64,000 bases of DNA from Caecitellus pseudoparvulus. Lineage: Eukaryota; Protista; Bigyra: Bicosoecida. The stretch's first letter is position 1. The number at the start of each line of letters is the position of its first letter. Below, in pieces: positions 51,714 through 63,423 of the stretch. The position numbers and the translations under genes are program-made. Below the pieces are notes generated by a model. It saw nothing but the letters and a program-made list of their open reading frames with translations. It was not told where the DNA came from and searched no databases. Location: contig CBFFRQ010000057.1 in NCBI GenBank assembly GCA_965644315.1, positions 186,001 through 250,000 of the forward strand. The letters are read 5' to 3'.

Positions 51714-53743
51714 ATGCGCGGCCTAGCAGCAGTTGTGGTCGCAGCTGCAGCTGCAGTTGTAGCAGGCGATACTTTCATTACCACGCGCACCAAGTATGGT
51801 GCGGTGATGGGTGTGGAGAGCAGCCTGGGGTACCAGGTGAGGGCTGCAAAGGCAGTGCACTTGTGCAGGGCAGGCGAGCACGCCGCGCGCTCTTCCTCCT
51901 GCACGCCGTCTGCCTCCCCTCTCCCACGTCTCAGTACTTTAAAGGCATCCCATACGCGGGTTCTACAGCCCCTCCTCACCGTTTCATGCCTCCTCAGCCG
52001 CTCGCTCCGTGGTCTGGCACTCTCAACGCGACGGCCTTCGCGCCGGGGTGTGTGCAGTCCCACCACAACCCGGACGTCCCTGCCCAGCAAAGCGAGGATT
52101 GCCTGAACCTGAACATCTACGCGCCAGCCGGTACGAAGGCGGGCGACGCGCTGCCCGTCATGGCCTTCATTCACGGTGGTGCCTTCGAGGAGGGCTCCAA
52201 CAGGGGCCCTTTTGACATGTACGAGGCCAACTACATCGTGCAGCAGCACAAGGTCGTCTACGTCACGCTGAACTATCGCCTGGGAGCCTTCGGCTGGTTG
52301 TCTGCCGGCGACGCGGTGCCCGGTAACATGGGCCTGCTGGACCAGCGCGCTGCGCTGCAGTGGGTGCACGACAACATCGCCTTCTTCGGCGGCAACCCCA
52401 GCGCAGTGACAGTGCAAGGCGAGAGCGCGGGAGCCATGAGCATTGGCCTGCACTTGGTGTCTCCCGGCAGCAAGGGCCTGTTCAAGCGTGCCATCCAGGA
52501 GTCTGGCGTGACGGGCTACCCCTACCGCGACTCCACCGAGCAGGCAGCGTACGGGATGCAGTTCTGCAAGGCGCTGCAGTGCGACGTGGCAGGGGGCTCC
52601 CCACCTGCAGCCCGTGCCCTGCGAGGACGCCTGGCCCAGCGCCGCAGCACGCCCAAGCAGTGGATGGGCCGCTTCGCTCTGCTCTCACAGGCACAGCGCC
52701 AGCAGGTGGCGGCGGCCGTGTGGGCTTCACCGGCTGCCCAAGACATCTTGCGGACATCCCCCGTCACCTCTGCCACAGCACTGGCGCAGGACTTCCACAC
52801 CCTGGCCCAGGCAGCCCCGCTGGTGTACGATGCGGCGGTGGACACGCTGGTGCGGGATGTGGAGGGTGCCACCTGCAACGTCACATGCCTGCAGGGGGCG
52901 ACGTCTGATGCAGTCAAGCACGCCGCCGGGGAGGCGACGAAGGACATTCTCTCCATTATTGCGGCCAACTGGGGGCACCTGTTCTCTGCCTTCCTGTCGT
53001 GGACGCCGACTGTGGACGGCACCATCGTGCCCATGAACCAGGTTCCCGCCATGCAAGCCGGCGCCTTTGACACGGACGTGGACCTGCTGGTGACCACCAA
53101 CACCAACGAAGGCGCAACTTTTGTGTACGCTGCGGTGGACTTCGAAGTGCCTTCCTTCCTCATCCCCCTCGCATATGACTTGCTGTGGGGCGAGGAGGCC
53201 AGCAAGAACATCTCCAAGAACGCACTGTACGACGCGAGCAAGTTCGCTGATGGGCGCACACCCCTCTCACACGTAACGACGGATCACCTCTTCCGGTGCC
53301 CTGCACAGCTGTGGGCGTCCGCGGTCAATGCCCACGGCCGCAGCGCCTTTGTCGGGCGGTACAACCACCTGTGGAGCTTCTCGTGGCTCTTTGCCAAGTT
53401 CGGCCTGCCCTCCATCTGCACCACCGAGGTGTGCCACGCTGCCGAGCTGCCGGCCGTGTTCCACGCCGTCAACACCACCGGCCGCGCCAACAACATCACC
53501 TTCACGCCGGCTGAGATGGGCCTCAGTGCGGCCATGGTGCAGTACTGGACCAACTTCGCAGCCACTGGCAACCCCAACACATATCCGGAAGGCGAAGATG
53601 CCAGGGTACCCTTGCCCATGGAATGGCCACAGTGGACCCCCTCCAGCCAGGTGGATTTGTCCCTCAACACAACGTGGACGACGGAGACAACACCGCAGTG
53701 TGCCATGTGGGACGCCATCGGCTATTCACAAAAGAACGATTGA
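51714..53743 (+). CDS. Secreted type-B carboxylesterase/lipase; 1 intron (51837-51934)
   Basis: Signal peptide; FKGIPYA, SEDCLNLNIY, FIHGGAF, NYRLGAFG, GESAG (catalytic Ser), NTNEG (Glu), CHAAEL (His), WTNFAATGNPN. Confidence 0.93.
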
Positions 53744-53907
53744 TGCAATGCACCAAACGCAGATTGCCTCCATATCAACACACTCATCAGTGTCCACCCA
53801 AAAGCGCGGCAGCGCTTCTTTCCTGCTCGTTGGCGACTCCACAGGCTGCCGCCAAGTGGCACGGCGTGTCGAGCAACTTCCGCACCTGGCCATCCGAAGC
53901 CCCTCCC

Positions 53908-55764
53908 ATGGCTGTCGCTGCTCTCATCAACACGGCCGCTTCGTGGCTCGCAAGTGCTGCAGTCATGGCGGCCTGCGCGCTCACTGCGACCCTGGGCTCA
54001 CTGGCTTTTGCCCTGCGCTTGCGTGGCCGCTCTGCCAAGCAAGCCGGGCATGTCACCGTCGGCGTGCTCCACCCTTACTGGTAAGTCTGAGTGCAGGTGC
54101 GGCAGCCAGGCACCTGCTAGAGACCGCTCTAGCTCTGCCCTGTATACAGCCATTCTGGAGGCGGCGGCGAGCGCGTTCTGTGGGTGGCCCTGGCAGCGCT
54201 GGAAGCCAGCGCCCTGGCTCCAAACCTCCACGTGAAGGTTTACACCGGGGACGACGCGACGTCAGAAGCCATCTTGCAGCGCGCCAAGGACCGTTTCAAT
54301 GTGGACTTGCTCTCTGCACGGCGCATGCATCTCTCCTTCGAACGCATCGTGTCTCGGAGTCTGCTTGGTGCGATTGCCTCGGCAGGCAAAGCGCCAACTG
54401 GCAAGCCACAACACCCCCCCCACCCCCGCAGAAGCATCCATGTACCCTCGCTTCACCATGCTGGGGCAGAGCCTCGGCAGCATGGCTGTCGCTGTGGAGT
54501 GCCTTCTGCGTTTCTGCCCCGATGTGCTGCTGGACACGACTGGTGCGGCTGCACCTGTTCACGCAGTGGCGAGGGCGAAGCATGTCCGCACGCTAGCCTC
54601 TTGCCACGCGCGCCTTCGCAGGCTTTGCCTTCACCTACCCCATCGCCAGGCTGGCCGGCTGCAAGGTGGCCACCTACACGCACTACCCCACCATCACCAA
54701 GGACATGCTGCAGCGAGTGCACGAAGCCCGCCCCACGTACAACAACGACGCCACCATCTCCAACTCAAGCACCTTGACTGCCGTGAAATTGCTCTACTAC
54801 CGCGCTTTTGCTGCAGTGTATGCCCTGGCTGGCGCCTGTGCAGACGTCATCATGGTGAACAGCTCCTGGACAAAGGTGCGTGCTGGGCGCTGCAACGGTC
54901 GGGACGCCACGACAACTGGGCAGCCCCCCTGCCGCCCTCCTTGCCTTGCAGGGCCACATCGACGAATTGTGGGGATACCCTGGCAGTTTGGGGGACGTGG
55001 AGTCCTCTGGTGCGCATGTCGTCTTCCCGCCGTGCAACACGGAGGGGTTTCGCGACGCGGAGCTGGACCCCCAAGGCAGAGCCGCCCGCAGGATGGTGGT
55101 GTCTGTGGCCCAATTCCGCCCCGAAAAGGACCACAGACTGCAATTGGAGGCTCTCGCAGCGTTGCGGCGCATGGGATCTGAGTTCAGTGACGTGAAGCTG
55201 CACTTGATTGGGGGCTGCCGAAACGCGGAGGACGAGGCGTTTGTGGCTGGTCTGCGCCAGCGCGCTCAGCAGCTGGGGCTGGAAGATGCAGTGGAGTTTC
55301 GGCTCAATGTTCCCTTTGCCGAGCTGCAGGCTGCCTTGGCGCAGGGCACGCTGGGCCTGCACACCATGTGGAACGAGCACTTCGGCATCGGAGTGGTGGA
55401 GATGATGGTAGGTTCCGAGGCGGCTCCGCTTGCGCCCCGCGACAGCTGCGCCGTTCACGCGCCCCCCCACCGTGTTTCCCCCTCACAGGCTTCGGGGCTC
55501 ATCACTATCGCGCACAACAGTGGGGGGCCACGTGCAGACATCGTGGTGCCGGCCGCACCTGCTGACGATGCCGTGGGTTTCTTGGCCAGCACTCCACAGG
55601 AATACGCCGACAGCATGGCGGCCGTGCTGCGGGATGCAGTGGACGTCCCACGCATGGCCACTGCGGCTCGGCGGCGCACGGAAGAGTTCACAGACGAGCG
55701 GTTCTCTGCAGAGTTCCTGCGCCACTTCACGCCTGCGCTGGAGCTGGCGGCGCAGGCAGTGTGA
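53908..55764 (+). CDS. ALG11: GDP-Man:Man3GlcNAc2-PP-Dol alpha-1,2-mannosyltransferase; 5 introns
   Basis: Spliced HPYCHSGGGGERVLW, YPRFTMLGQS, DTTGFAFTYP, YTHYPTI, MVNSSWT, VFPPC, SVAQFRPEKDH, GLHTMWNEHFGIGVVE, AHNSGGPRADIV. Confidence 0.95.
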
Positions 55765-56367
55765 CGGAGTCGCACTGGGCTTGGGCGGGTCGCCGGGCAA
55801 GCAAGCACCCTTGCTTGCCCCTTCTTTGTACGCCTGCTTGCAATGGGGCTCGGTCTGATGGCGTTGACTGCGGTTGGGTGGGTGTTTGAATCGTTGAGCA
55901 TCAGCGCGCAGGGCGTGTCCCGTCAGCATTCCGCAGCCTTGCAGGGCTCCACCTGAGCAGCAGAGGGGCAGGCACTTCTTCCAATTTCATTTCAACACAC
56001 ACGCCAGTCCCCACCGCCACTGTCAAGGCCCCCATCAGGCTGGGCTTTCCCAGCCGCGCTCGTGTTTGACTTTGCGGTATTTGCCAGCACTTGGCCTGGG
56101 AGGCAGCGACCGCCCTCTCAGCATGCTGAAGATCGCGAGGCAGCCGCCTGTCAGCGCCTTTCCAGGGCGCCCATTTCAGTTCTCCCTTTCGCTGGACGAT
56201 GTCCGCCGCAACGCTGCTGCTCTCGGGAGCTTGTGAGTGCCGCAGCTGCGGAAAAGTCGCGCTGGGCTGCACGGACCTGAGCCTGCGTTTGCGCTTGCAG
56301 GGGCTCCATTGCCTTGGCAGTGCACGCCGTAGAGGCATCTGAACACACCAGTCGTTCAATGATTCGC

Positions 56368-58453
56368 ATGGAGTCGCCCATCCCCCGCATCGAGGGCGCG
56401 GTGAGTCTCGTCTGCGGAGGTACCAGGCTTGAATCCCAGCCTGCCACGCCTCACCCTGGGCACGTATGCGCAGGTCACCATTGTGGAGCCTGCCTCGCTG
56501 CACCTGCCAGTGCGAGAGGGAGGACCGCCTCTGCAGGTTACAGCCGTGCTGAACGTCTCCAGCGAAAGCCTCGGCGGCAAACGCGTGCAGCTGGTCATCA
56601 TCCCTGAAAACACTGGCGCCATCGCGCCGGTTATCACCGCCGGGCCCGGCATCTTCGTGGCGCCCTACGCGCTGGTGGTGCTGTCCACGCCGAACATCCC
56701 CGAGGACCAGCTGCCCGTGGCAGGCTCCGGCGGCGGGGCTGCGGCAGGTGCCCCGCTGGGCAACTTCTGTGAGACGCAGATTGGCCTCATCCCCTCAGAC
56801 CCTGCCAAGCCTGGGGAGCTGCTGCAGTCGTGGAAGGAGCTACCTAACCTGTTCTTCAAGGATGAAGGGTCCAAGGATCGCTGCATGGGGGCGGAGGTGG
56901 CCCTCGTGTCCGTGAACAAGGAGGACCCAGCGGGCCCCCTCAAGGTGGTGACGGGGGTGAAGCTGCACCTCAAGGTGGCCTTGGCCTTCTCAGACTTCGC
57001 AGAGGCACCGTCGTACTGCTCGTCAGGTGGCCGCAGGCGGGCCGGCGGGCAGCCCCTCCTGCACGTGGACAAAGGCTCCGTCATGCACATCAACCCCGAG
57101 ACTGGGCGCACGCAGGTGGAGTTCCGCGTCAACGACGTGTCGAAGAACCACGATGGCCGCCCCTTCCGCCTCGCCGTCATGGCTGACCTGGGGGACGACG
57201 TCTCCAGCGCCTCCGCCCTGGCCATGGACGGCCCCGTCGTCGCCTCCCACGTCGCCCCTGCCTTCTCCCACGGCATTGAAGTGCGCTCCAAACGCCGCAA
57301 GGCACGGAAGGGCAAGCCAGGGGAGGCGTCTGTGGCCGCGGCAGCAGCAGCCTTTGGCGGCATCGCGAGCGGGGGCGTGCCGCCCCTGCAAGCTGAGGTG
57401 TCAGGCTCATCCGGTGGACGCGTCGTGGCCGCCCCAGCCCTGCACTCTGTCAGCACCCTGCGAAGGTCTATGAATTCCGTCATCAGCTGGGCCAACCAAG
57501 TGGTGGAGCTGCTGCAGCACACACTGCAGTGGCAGTCGTACACGGCGGCTGACGGCCACATGCGCATGCGCTGCCCTGTCTGCTCCGTGGACGTGCCCTG
57601 CCACGCGGTGCAGGAGGGCCGGGCGGCGCACGGCCCCTCCTGCCGCCTGCACAAGACCATCGACACGTACAGCGGCGGCACGCTGGCTGCCTTGAACACC
57701 CTCGTCGAGCACATCCACGGCCCAGAGGCCACACAGCGCGCCAGAGAGCGAGCCCGGACAACGGGCCTGTCTGGGGGCCTCTCAGGCAACAGCAGTGACA
57801 TGCCCTCTGCCCGTGTACCCCGGCCGGGCATCGGCGTGAACCCTACAGCGTCACGTGCCGCAGACCAGGTGGCGGCAGCCCCCCCCGCCCCTCCCATCCC
57901 CCCCCTCAGCCGCGAGGAGAGCCTGGGCACCATGTTTGCGCGCACTGCCATGGAGCGCTCAGCGAAGATGCAGTCCGAGCACGCCAGCATGCACGGCAAG
58001 CGGGAGCGGGAGTTCACGTACGGCACCGTGTCGTCCACGGTGCAGGCCAGCGCGCCCAAACGCCCCGCTCCCGAGCGGGCCACGCCCTCAGGCACACACC
58101 CGGCCATGCCTGGCATGGGTGCCGCCCCAGCCTTGCTGCCTGGTGGTGTGCCTGTGCTGGCCCGCGCAGCCAGCAACGAAAGCATGCAGAGCATGGATGG
58201 GGAGCATGGTGACGGGCCGCTGGCGTTCCTGGCGCCTGCCTCCCACAGCCTGTCGGGCGGGGGCTTGGTGCCGCCGCCCCCCGCCATGACGACCCAAACG
58301 TCCATCTTGGCCGACGGCCGGGACGGCTGGGACGTGGACATCTCAGCGGCCCCGCGTGGACACGCTCTGTCCAACAGCCCCGCCCCTCCAGCGCCCACAG
58401 ACGGGCCCAGCTTCTTCCGCGGCAGCAGCGGCAGCAGCTTGACCGGCCGTTGA
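56368..58453 (+). CDS. Putative transcription factor with an Ig-fold (CudA/STAT-like) DNA-binding domain, basic NLS and a C-x2-C..H-x3-C motif; 1 intron (56401-56473)
   Basis: Beta-rich core WKELPNLFFKDEGSKDRCM..VEFRVNDVSKNHDGRPFRLAV..VAPAFSHGIEVRSKRRKARK; RCPVC..HGPSC; disordered Pro/Ala/Ser-rich tail. Confidence 0.6.
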
Positions 58454-58526
58454 TGCGGCGGGGTGGAATGCATCCCTGCCCTGCATTGCTTGTGGGCGCG
58501 CGCCCGGCAGCCCCAACGCAGGGCCC

Positions 58527-58961
58527 TCATGACGGGCTGCTGTCTGTGCCCAGCCCCTCACCAGCTGCGCCACCTTCACCCTCCTCCGTGGCCTGCCGGG
58601 CCTGGTGTTGGGGCACATCCAACTCCCGCTCAGGCAAGCTGGGAAGGGTTTGCGTCTGCGATCCCGACGATGTCAGAACATTCGCGGCTCCAAGCACAAC
58701 AGAGCCACCCCCCGACTCCTCTCGTACGCTCTGCATGTCTATGGTTGAGTTTGAAGTGGCAACTCGTGCCGTGCCGGCTGGAGATGTCGGCAAGTCACCA
58801 CCCTGCCAGAGGTGGACGCCCGCCGGCTGGTCTCCACTGGGCGTAAGGACGGCACCCACCCCTGATACTGCCGCTGAAGATACCTCTGCATGCACTTTAG
58901 CACCCCCCCAACACAGCCACTTGCACCACCTGCTGCGGCGGGCAGGTTGACCGACCTGCAT
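58527..58961 (-). CDS. Hypothetical ~144-aa disordered protein (start uncertain)
   Basis: ATG at 58961 opens MQVGQPARRSRWCKWLCWGG..DSSPS*; fills an otherwise empty 1-kb gap and converges on the upstream gene at a spacing like other convergent pairs. Confidence 0.35.
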   Translation of the reverse strand: MQVGQPARRSRWCKWLCWGGAKVHAEVSSAAVSGVGAVLTPSGDQPAGVHLWQGGDLPTSPAGTARVATSNSTIDMQSVREESGGGSVVLGAANVLTSSGSQTQTLPSLPERELDVPQHQARQATEEGEGGAAGEGLGTDSSPS

Positions 58962-59498
58962 GAGCCTGCCTGCGCCGCTCGTTCCTTGACGGCTGACACT
59001 CGCGCTGCCCCGTGCAGCAGAGCGGTGGCCACGGGGCGATTTGCAAGGCAGAACTGGGCCAAGTGCAGCCTTCCAGGCGTTGGAGGTGTCCAGGAAGGGG
59101 GGCGTGTCTTGCTGTGCGGTGGCCGCGGGTGCGACTTGAGCGCGTGTCAACGCAGGATTCAATTTCCGCACACTGCAAGTCTCTGGGCCTTTCCCGCTCG
59201 CAGCCAACGCAGCGAATGCTGTCGAGGATGAAAGCGTTTTGCCAGTTGAGCCCAAATTCCGGACGACATCAATTTGATCTCACGTTGCTGCTGAGGGCGC
59301 TGCTTCGCTGCGCTGGGGCAGGTTTACACTTGACGGGACAAAAAAAAGACACTCAATAGGGTATGCAAGGCTGTGGCAACTTAGCAAGTGTTGTCTCTGT
59401 GCAAAGAATCGCTTTTCTCGCGGCTTGCTGTGACAGTCCGAGTTTTCTTGGGTTTCTCCTACACTGCTGCCCCTGCCGAGGCACAGTTGGCCTGTGCT

Positions 59499-60908
59499 AT
59501 GGCAACTAGACTGTCTACTGCAGCAGAGGGCATTGCAACAGCGGCTGCTTGGCTGCAGGCGGGCAAGTGTGTGGCGTTCCCCACTGGTGAGGCGTGCAGA
59601 GCTGCAGAAGATGTCGAGTCCCAGCCGCCGCAACGCGCCCGAAACGCCGGCTGCGTGCGCAGAGACTGTGTATGGCCTGGGCGCGAATGCTTTGAACGAG
59701 GCAGCCATCCTGAGCATTTTCAAGCATAAGGGGAGGCCGCTGACGGACCCACTGATTGTGCACGTGCCGTCCACAGCCATCGCAGAGACGGTCGTGCAGG
59801 TGTCCGACGAGGTGAGAGTTTCCAGTTCTGGCGTGGTGAGCAGGTGCGCACCCAGCAGGAGCCCCACCCACGCCGATCTGCGCAGGCCCGCCCCATCTTC
59901 GACACCCTCACGGACAAGTTTTGGCCAGGCCCCCTCACCCTGGTGCTCAAAGCCCGGCCTGACGTGCCGCTGAAGGTGTCTGCAGGCACTGGCTTCGTGG
60001 GCGTGCGCTCCCCGGCCCACGCCGTGGCAGCAGCACTCCTGGAGGCGGCACAGCTGCCCATCGCAGCGCCCAGCGCAAACCGCTTTGGCCACGTGTCACC
60101 CACTACCGCAGCCCACGTCCTGGCTGACCTCGGGGCCACTCCCATCGCTGTGCTGGACGCAGAGGGGCAGACGTCAGCAGCTGCTGCCGCGGGCGGGTCA
60201 CCCGGCCCAGCCACCTGCTCAGTGGGCATCGAGTCCACTGTTGTGGGAGTGAGTGAGGATGGGAAGACGCTCACTGTCTTCCGTCGGGGTGGCGTGTCCA
60301 TGCAGGCCATTGAAGAGGCACTGGCTGGAGCGGGCGTGACCGGATGGGCCTGGCAGCAGTCCAGCGCGGCTGCCAAGTCTGCCACCGCAGCAGCCGCGTC
60401 AGAGCAAGATTCACACGATGACGCCTCTGCTCAAGTTGCCCCAGGGCAACTCTTGACACACTACGCGCCCGACGTCAGCACGTACCTGCTGCCGGCGCCG
60501 CCGCTTGGAGGGGCTGGGGACGGCCTAACCGATGTCCAGGCCGCCGCACTTAAGCGGTGTGTGGTTCTGGACTTTGGGGGCGCATATGCTGTCCTGAAGG
60601 GGCATGCAGGCGCGTACAGGGACATGTCCAGCAGCGGTGACGTGAAGGAAGCAGCACAAGGACTGTATGCAGCGCTGCGCTGGACAGAGGAAGTCGCAGC
60701 CGCCGACGCCGACATCTGCCTGGCGCTGGTGCCAGTGGACGCTGTTGCAGTGGACGGCGACGCAACGGCTGGGGTCAAGGCTGGCGGGGAGATGGCAGGT
60801 GCGCTGGCAGATCGCCTGTACCGCAGTGGAAGCGGTCGGCGGGTGCCGGCAACCGAGTCAACCGTGGCCAGTGTGGCCGACGCTCTGAGCGGCATCCTGG
60901 GTTCATGA
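59499..60908 (+). CDS. SUA5: Threonylcarbamoyl-AMP synthase, Sua5 type (YrdC plus SUA5 domains); 2 introns
   Basis: VAFPT|ETVYGLGANAL, KGRPLTDPLIVH, FWPGPLTLVL, PIAAPSANRFGHVSPT, VGIESTVV, APGQLLTHYAP, AAQGLYAALR. Confidence 0.94.
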
Positions 60909-61020
60909 CGAATGCACAGCTTAGGGAGCAGCACCCCGAAGCACGCGTGCTGCAATGTGGCCAGCCTCCCAGGGCCCCTGCTCTGCCCACGGTGCATTGT
61001 GGCGGGTAGCGGCAGGAACA

Positions 61021-63083
61021 TCATGCGTCCTCCTCCTCCTCCTCTTCCTCTTCCGCTGCGCGGCGGGCAGCGAGAGCCTCCAGGCGCTCCTCCTTCCTCC
61101 TTTCCCACTCACTCATCCAGGCACCCACGCGTTCAACTCGTTCTGCCCGTGCGGCGACGATGGCGTCTGCCGTGACGTCAGCGCCATTCACCCTGGCGAT
61201 GACGTTTGCCGCAGCCGCTGCCTCGAGAGAAGCGTCGTCCTCCCCAGCCTCGCGAGCAGCCTTGCTGGGCACTGAGAGGGATGCTGCCTGGCGGCGATCG
61301 CGACTCAGCTGAGCTGCCAGGCGAATGCGCTGCCCCAGCTTGCCGCCCAGCCGCACCAGGACCTCGGTCGTGAAGTCCTCCTCCCCAGCCGCATCGGACA
61401 CAGGCGTGTCGGTGAAGTTCACAGATGCCAAACCACGCAGGTATCTCAGGCGGTTCACCTCTGCCAGGGACTCAATAGGGTTGCCGGCCAGGGACAGCAC
61501 TCTCAGGTTCCCCAGCGGGTGGATGCCACGAGCAGTGGTGGCGCGTGGGGGGCCTTGTGGTGCCTTCGGCCCCCGACTGCCCTGAGCTTTGCTCTCACTG
61601 GCCTCCTTGCCCTCCCCTGCCTCATCTTCATCCTCCTCGTCTTGGTCGGCGCCAGCGACTCGCTCGTCTTCATCATCCGACTCCAGCCCCTGCGCCTCGA
61701 CGATGTCATACGCCTCGGCAGGCAGCCACTTGCCACTGGCGTCATCCTCCCAGCGACCATGGTGAACGCCATCCCCACCGTCCTCACCTTCGGGATCCAC
61801 TGGGCCTGCCTCCTCTGATGCGGCGTCGTCTCCCTCCCCCTCTTCCTCGCCTTCCTCCTCCCCTTCAACTGGCTGGGGAAGCGCTTCCCCTGTCAGGAGG
61901 GGCTTCAAGGATGAAATGCCACAGCGGTCCAGAACCAGTACCCGCAGAGAAGGCAGCTGGTGCAGACCAGAGATGTCGGTCAGGTCGGGGCAGTCTGTGA
62001 TGATGACTTCCCGCAGAGACGGCATGCTGCCGAGGGTGGAGAGGCTGCGAAGTGGAGCACACGCTGAAGCTTCCAGGCGCAGCAGCTTGGGCAGCCCCCC
62101 CTCTGCCAGGCCCTCGAAGGACACCAGAGGGTTTCCGTTCAGAATCAAGTGCAGCAAGCCTGGGGCAGCTGTGCGCTCCAGTAAGGCTGCACCGACATCC
62201 CCTGCCTCCTCCCGGGCAGTGACGGCAGCTTCCTCTGCTGCCTCAGTCAGCAAGCGCTGCAGGATGGACTCCTCTGTGATGGCTGGCTCTTCATCTTCAT
62301 CCTCCTCTCCCGCTTCACGGGACTTGGAGCGCCGGCTGCGCTTGCTGGCCGCGGCTTTGGCAGCCGCCTTGGCCGCTGCCCGGGCCTCCTTGCGGGCGGC
62401 ACGGCGCAGGCGCTCGAGCTGGTGCAGGGAGGGTGGCGGCGGCGGCGGCTCGCGAGGCTCCAGGGATACCAAGCGGTTGTGGGCTGCGTTGAGCACTTGC
62501 AGGTGGGGGCACCCGCTGAAGTCAGCGAGCGTGACGAGGGAGTTGTGCGCGACATTGGCTGCCAGCAAGCTGGGCATGCTCGTGGCGATGGGGCGGGGGT
62601 CTGTCACGTGGTTGTGCGACGCATCCAGGTACCGGATGTGCTTCATTCCTGCCAAAGCATTGCCGAAAGCGGTCGCCTGGCGGCCGGCAATGTTCAGCTT
62701 GCTGTACGCAAAGCCCGTCCCGTCGATGGTCCGTTGCCTGAGCGCAAGGGTCGGCGAGCAGTGAGGTCAAACGGTGTGGCATGTGGCAAGCTGGACGTGA
62801 GTCCTGCTGTACAAAGCTAAGCGGTCGCACAGCACGCGGCCATGGCCCCCAGCACTGGGCCAGACACGGCAAGCAGCTGTCCGAGCATTGCTGAAAACGC
62901 CACCGCGTCGCTGCGACCAGCAGTCTGCACGCACAGTTGTGACAGGCCATCTGCGATGTCTTCCGGCTGCAGGACGAGGGATTCAACGGCAGTAACCGAT
63001 GTGACCAGCTTGGGCTTGTCTGAGTCGGTCTTGGACTCGCCCTCCTTCCCTTCCAAGGCGGGGGCGCCGGAGGCAGCAGCCAT
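61021..63083 (-). CDS. Leucine-rich-repeat protein, LRRC23/LRGUK-like (probably axonemal), with acidic insertions; 1 intron (62738-62934)
   Basis: Spliced LQPEDIADGLSQLQRTIDGTGFAYSKLNI..HIRYLDASHNHVTD resembles the LRRC23 N-terminus; LxxLxLxxN repeats and an LRR cap LSLAGNPI..LASVNFTDTPV. Confidence 0.72.
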
Positions 63084-63423
63084 GGTTGACTGTGCCCTGT
63101 GTGGTCTGGCACGCACGCCGTGCCGGTGCCGTTCAGAGAGAGCAGGCCAGGCTGTGCTGCAGCTGTAAATGGACTTCGTCTGAAGTTCCCGCAATTTCGT
63201 TTGTGCTCCCTGCAGAGAGCTGTGCTCGGAACAGTTCACATGCGCCGCGCCTGCCTGCCACGCGCCATAACTCCTCCTCAGCAAGCCAAGCAGAGCTGTC
63301 GAAGGGGCATATTCGTGAACCACCCCTCTCTGTACACCTACCTGGCAGCCACCACTGCCTGGCGTCCTTGGATGGGCGCATGACCTCACTGGTGCCGCTT
63401 GTTCCCCTCCGATTCCACGCAGC
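63084..63423. promoter_or_regulatory. Putative bidirectional promoter (LRR protein / BCAT)
   Basis: About 340 bp between divergent start codons. Confidence 0.4.

Noticed and set aside
53908-55764. Apparent frameshifts or pseudogenisation in ALG11, MTHFR, Bet3, Sua5 and the TopoVIB-like gene
   Set aside because: Every frame change coincides with canonical splice sites; there is no need for programmed frameshifting or decay.
55765-56360. Possible small gene in the ALG11-TF gap (ORFs 55901-56503, 56151-56447)
   Set aside because: No convincing start or splice model and no protein-like features; likely UTR plus promoter.
56665-58530. 621-aa antisense ORF, and similar long antisense ORFs (12050-13243, 33530-34600, 36805-39393, 47333-49594)
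   Set aside because: They mirror well-supported sense genes; high GC and codon bias suppress antisense stops, and the translations have no recognisable motifs.
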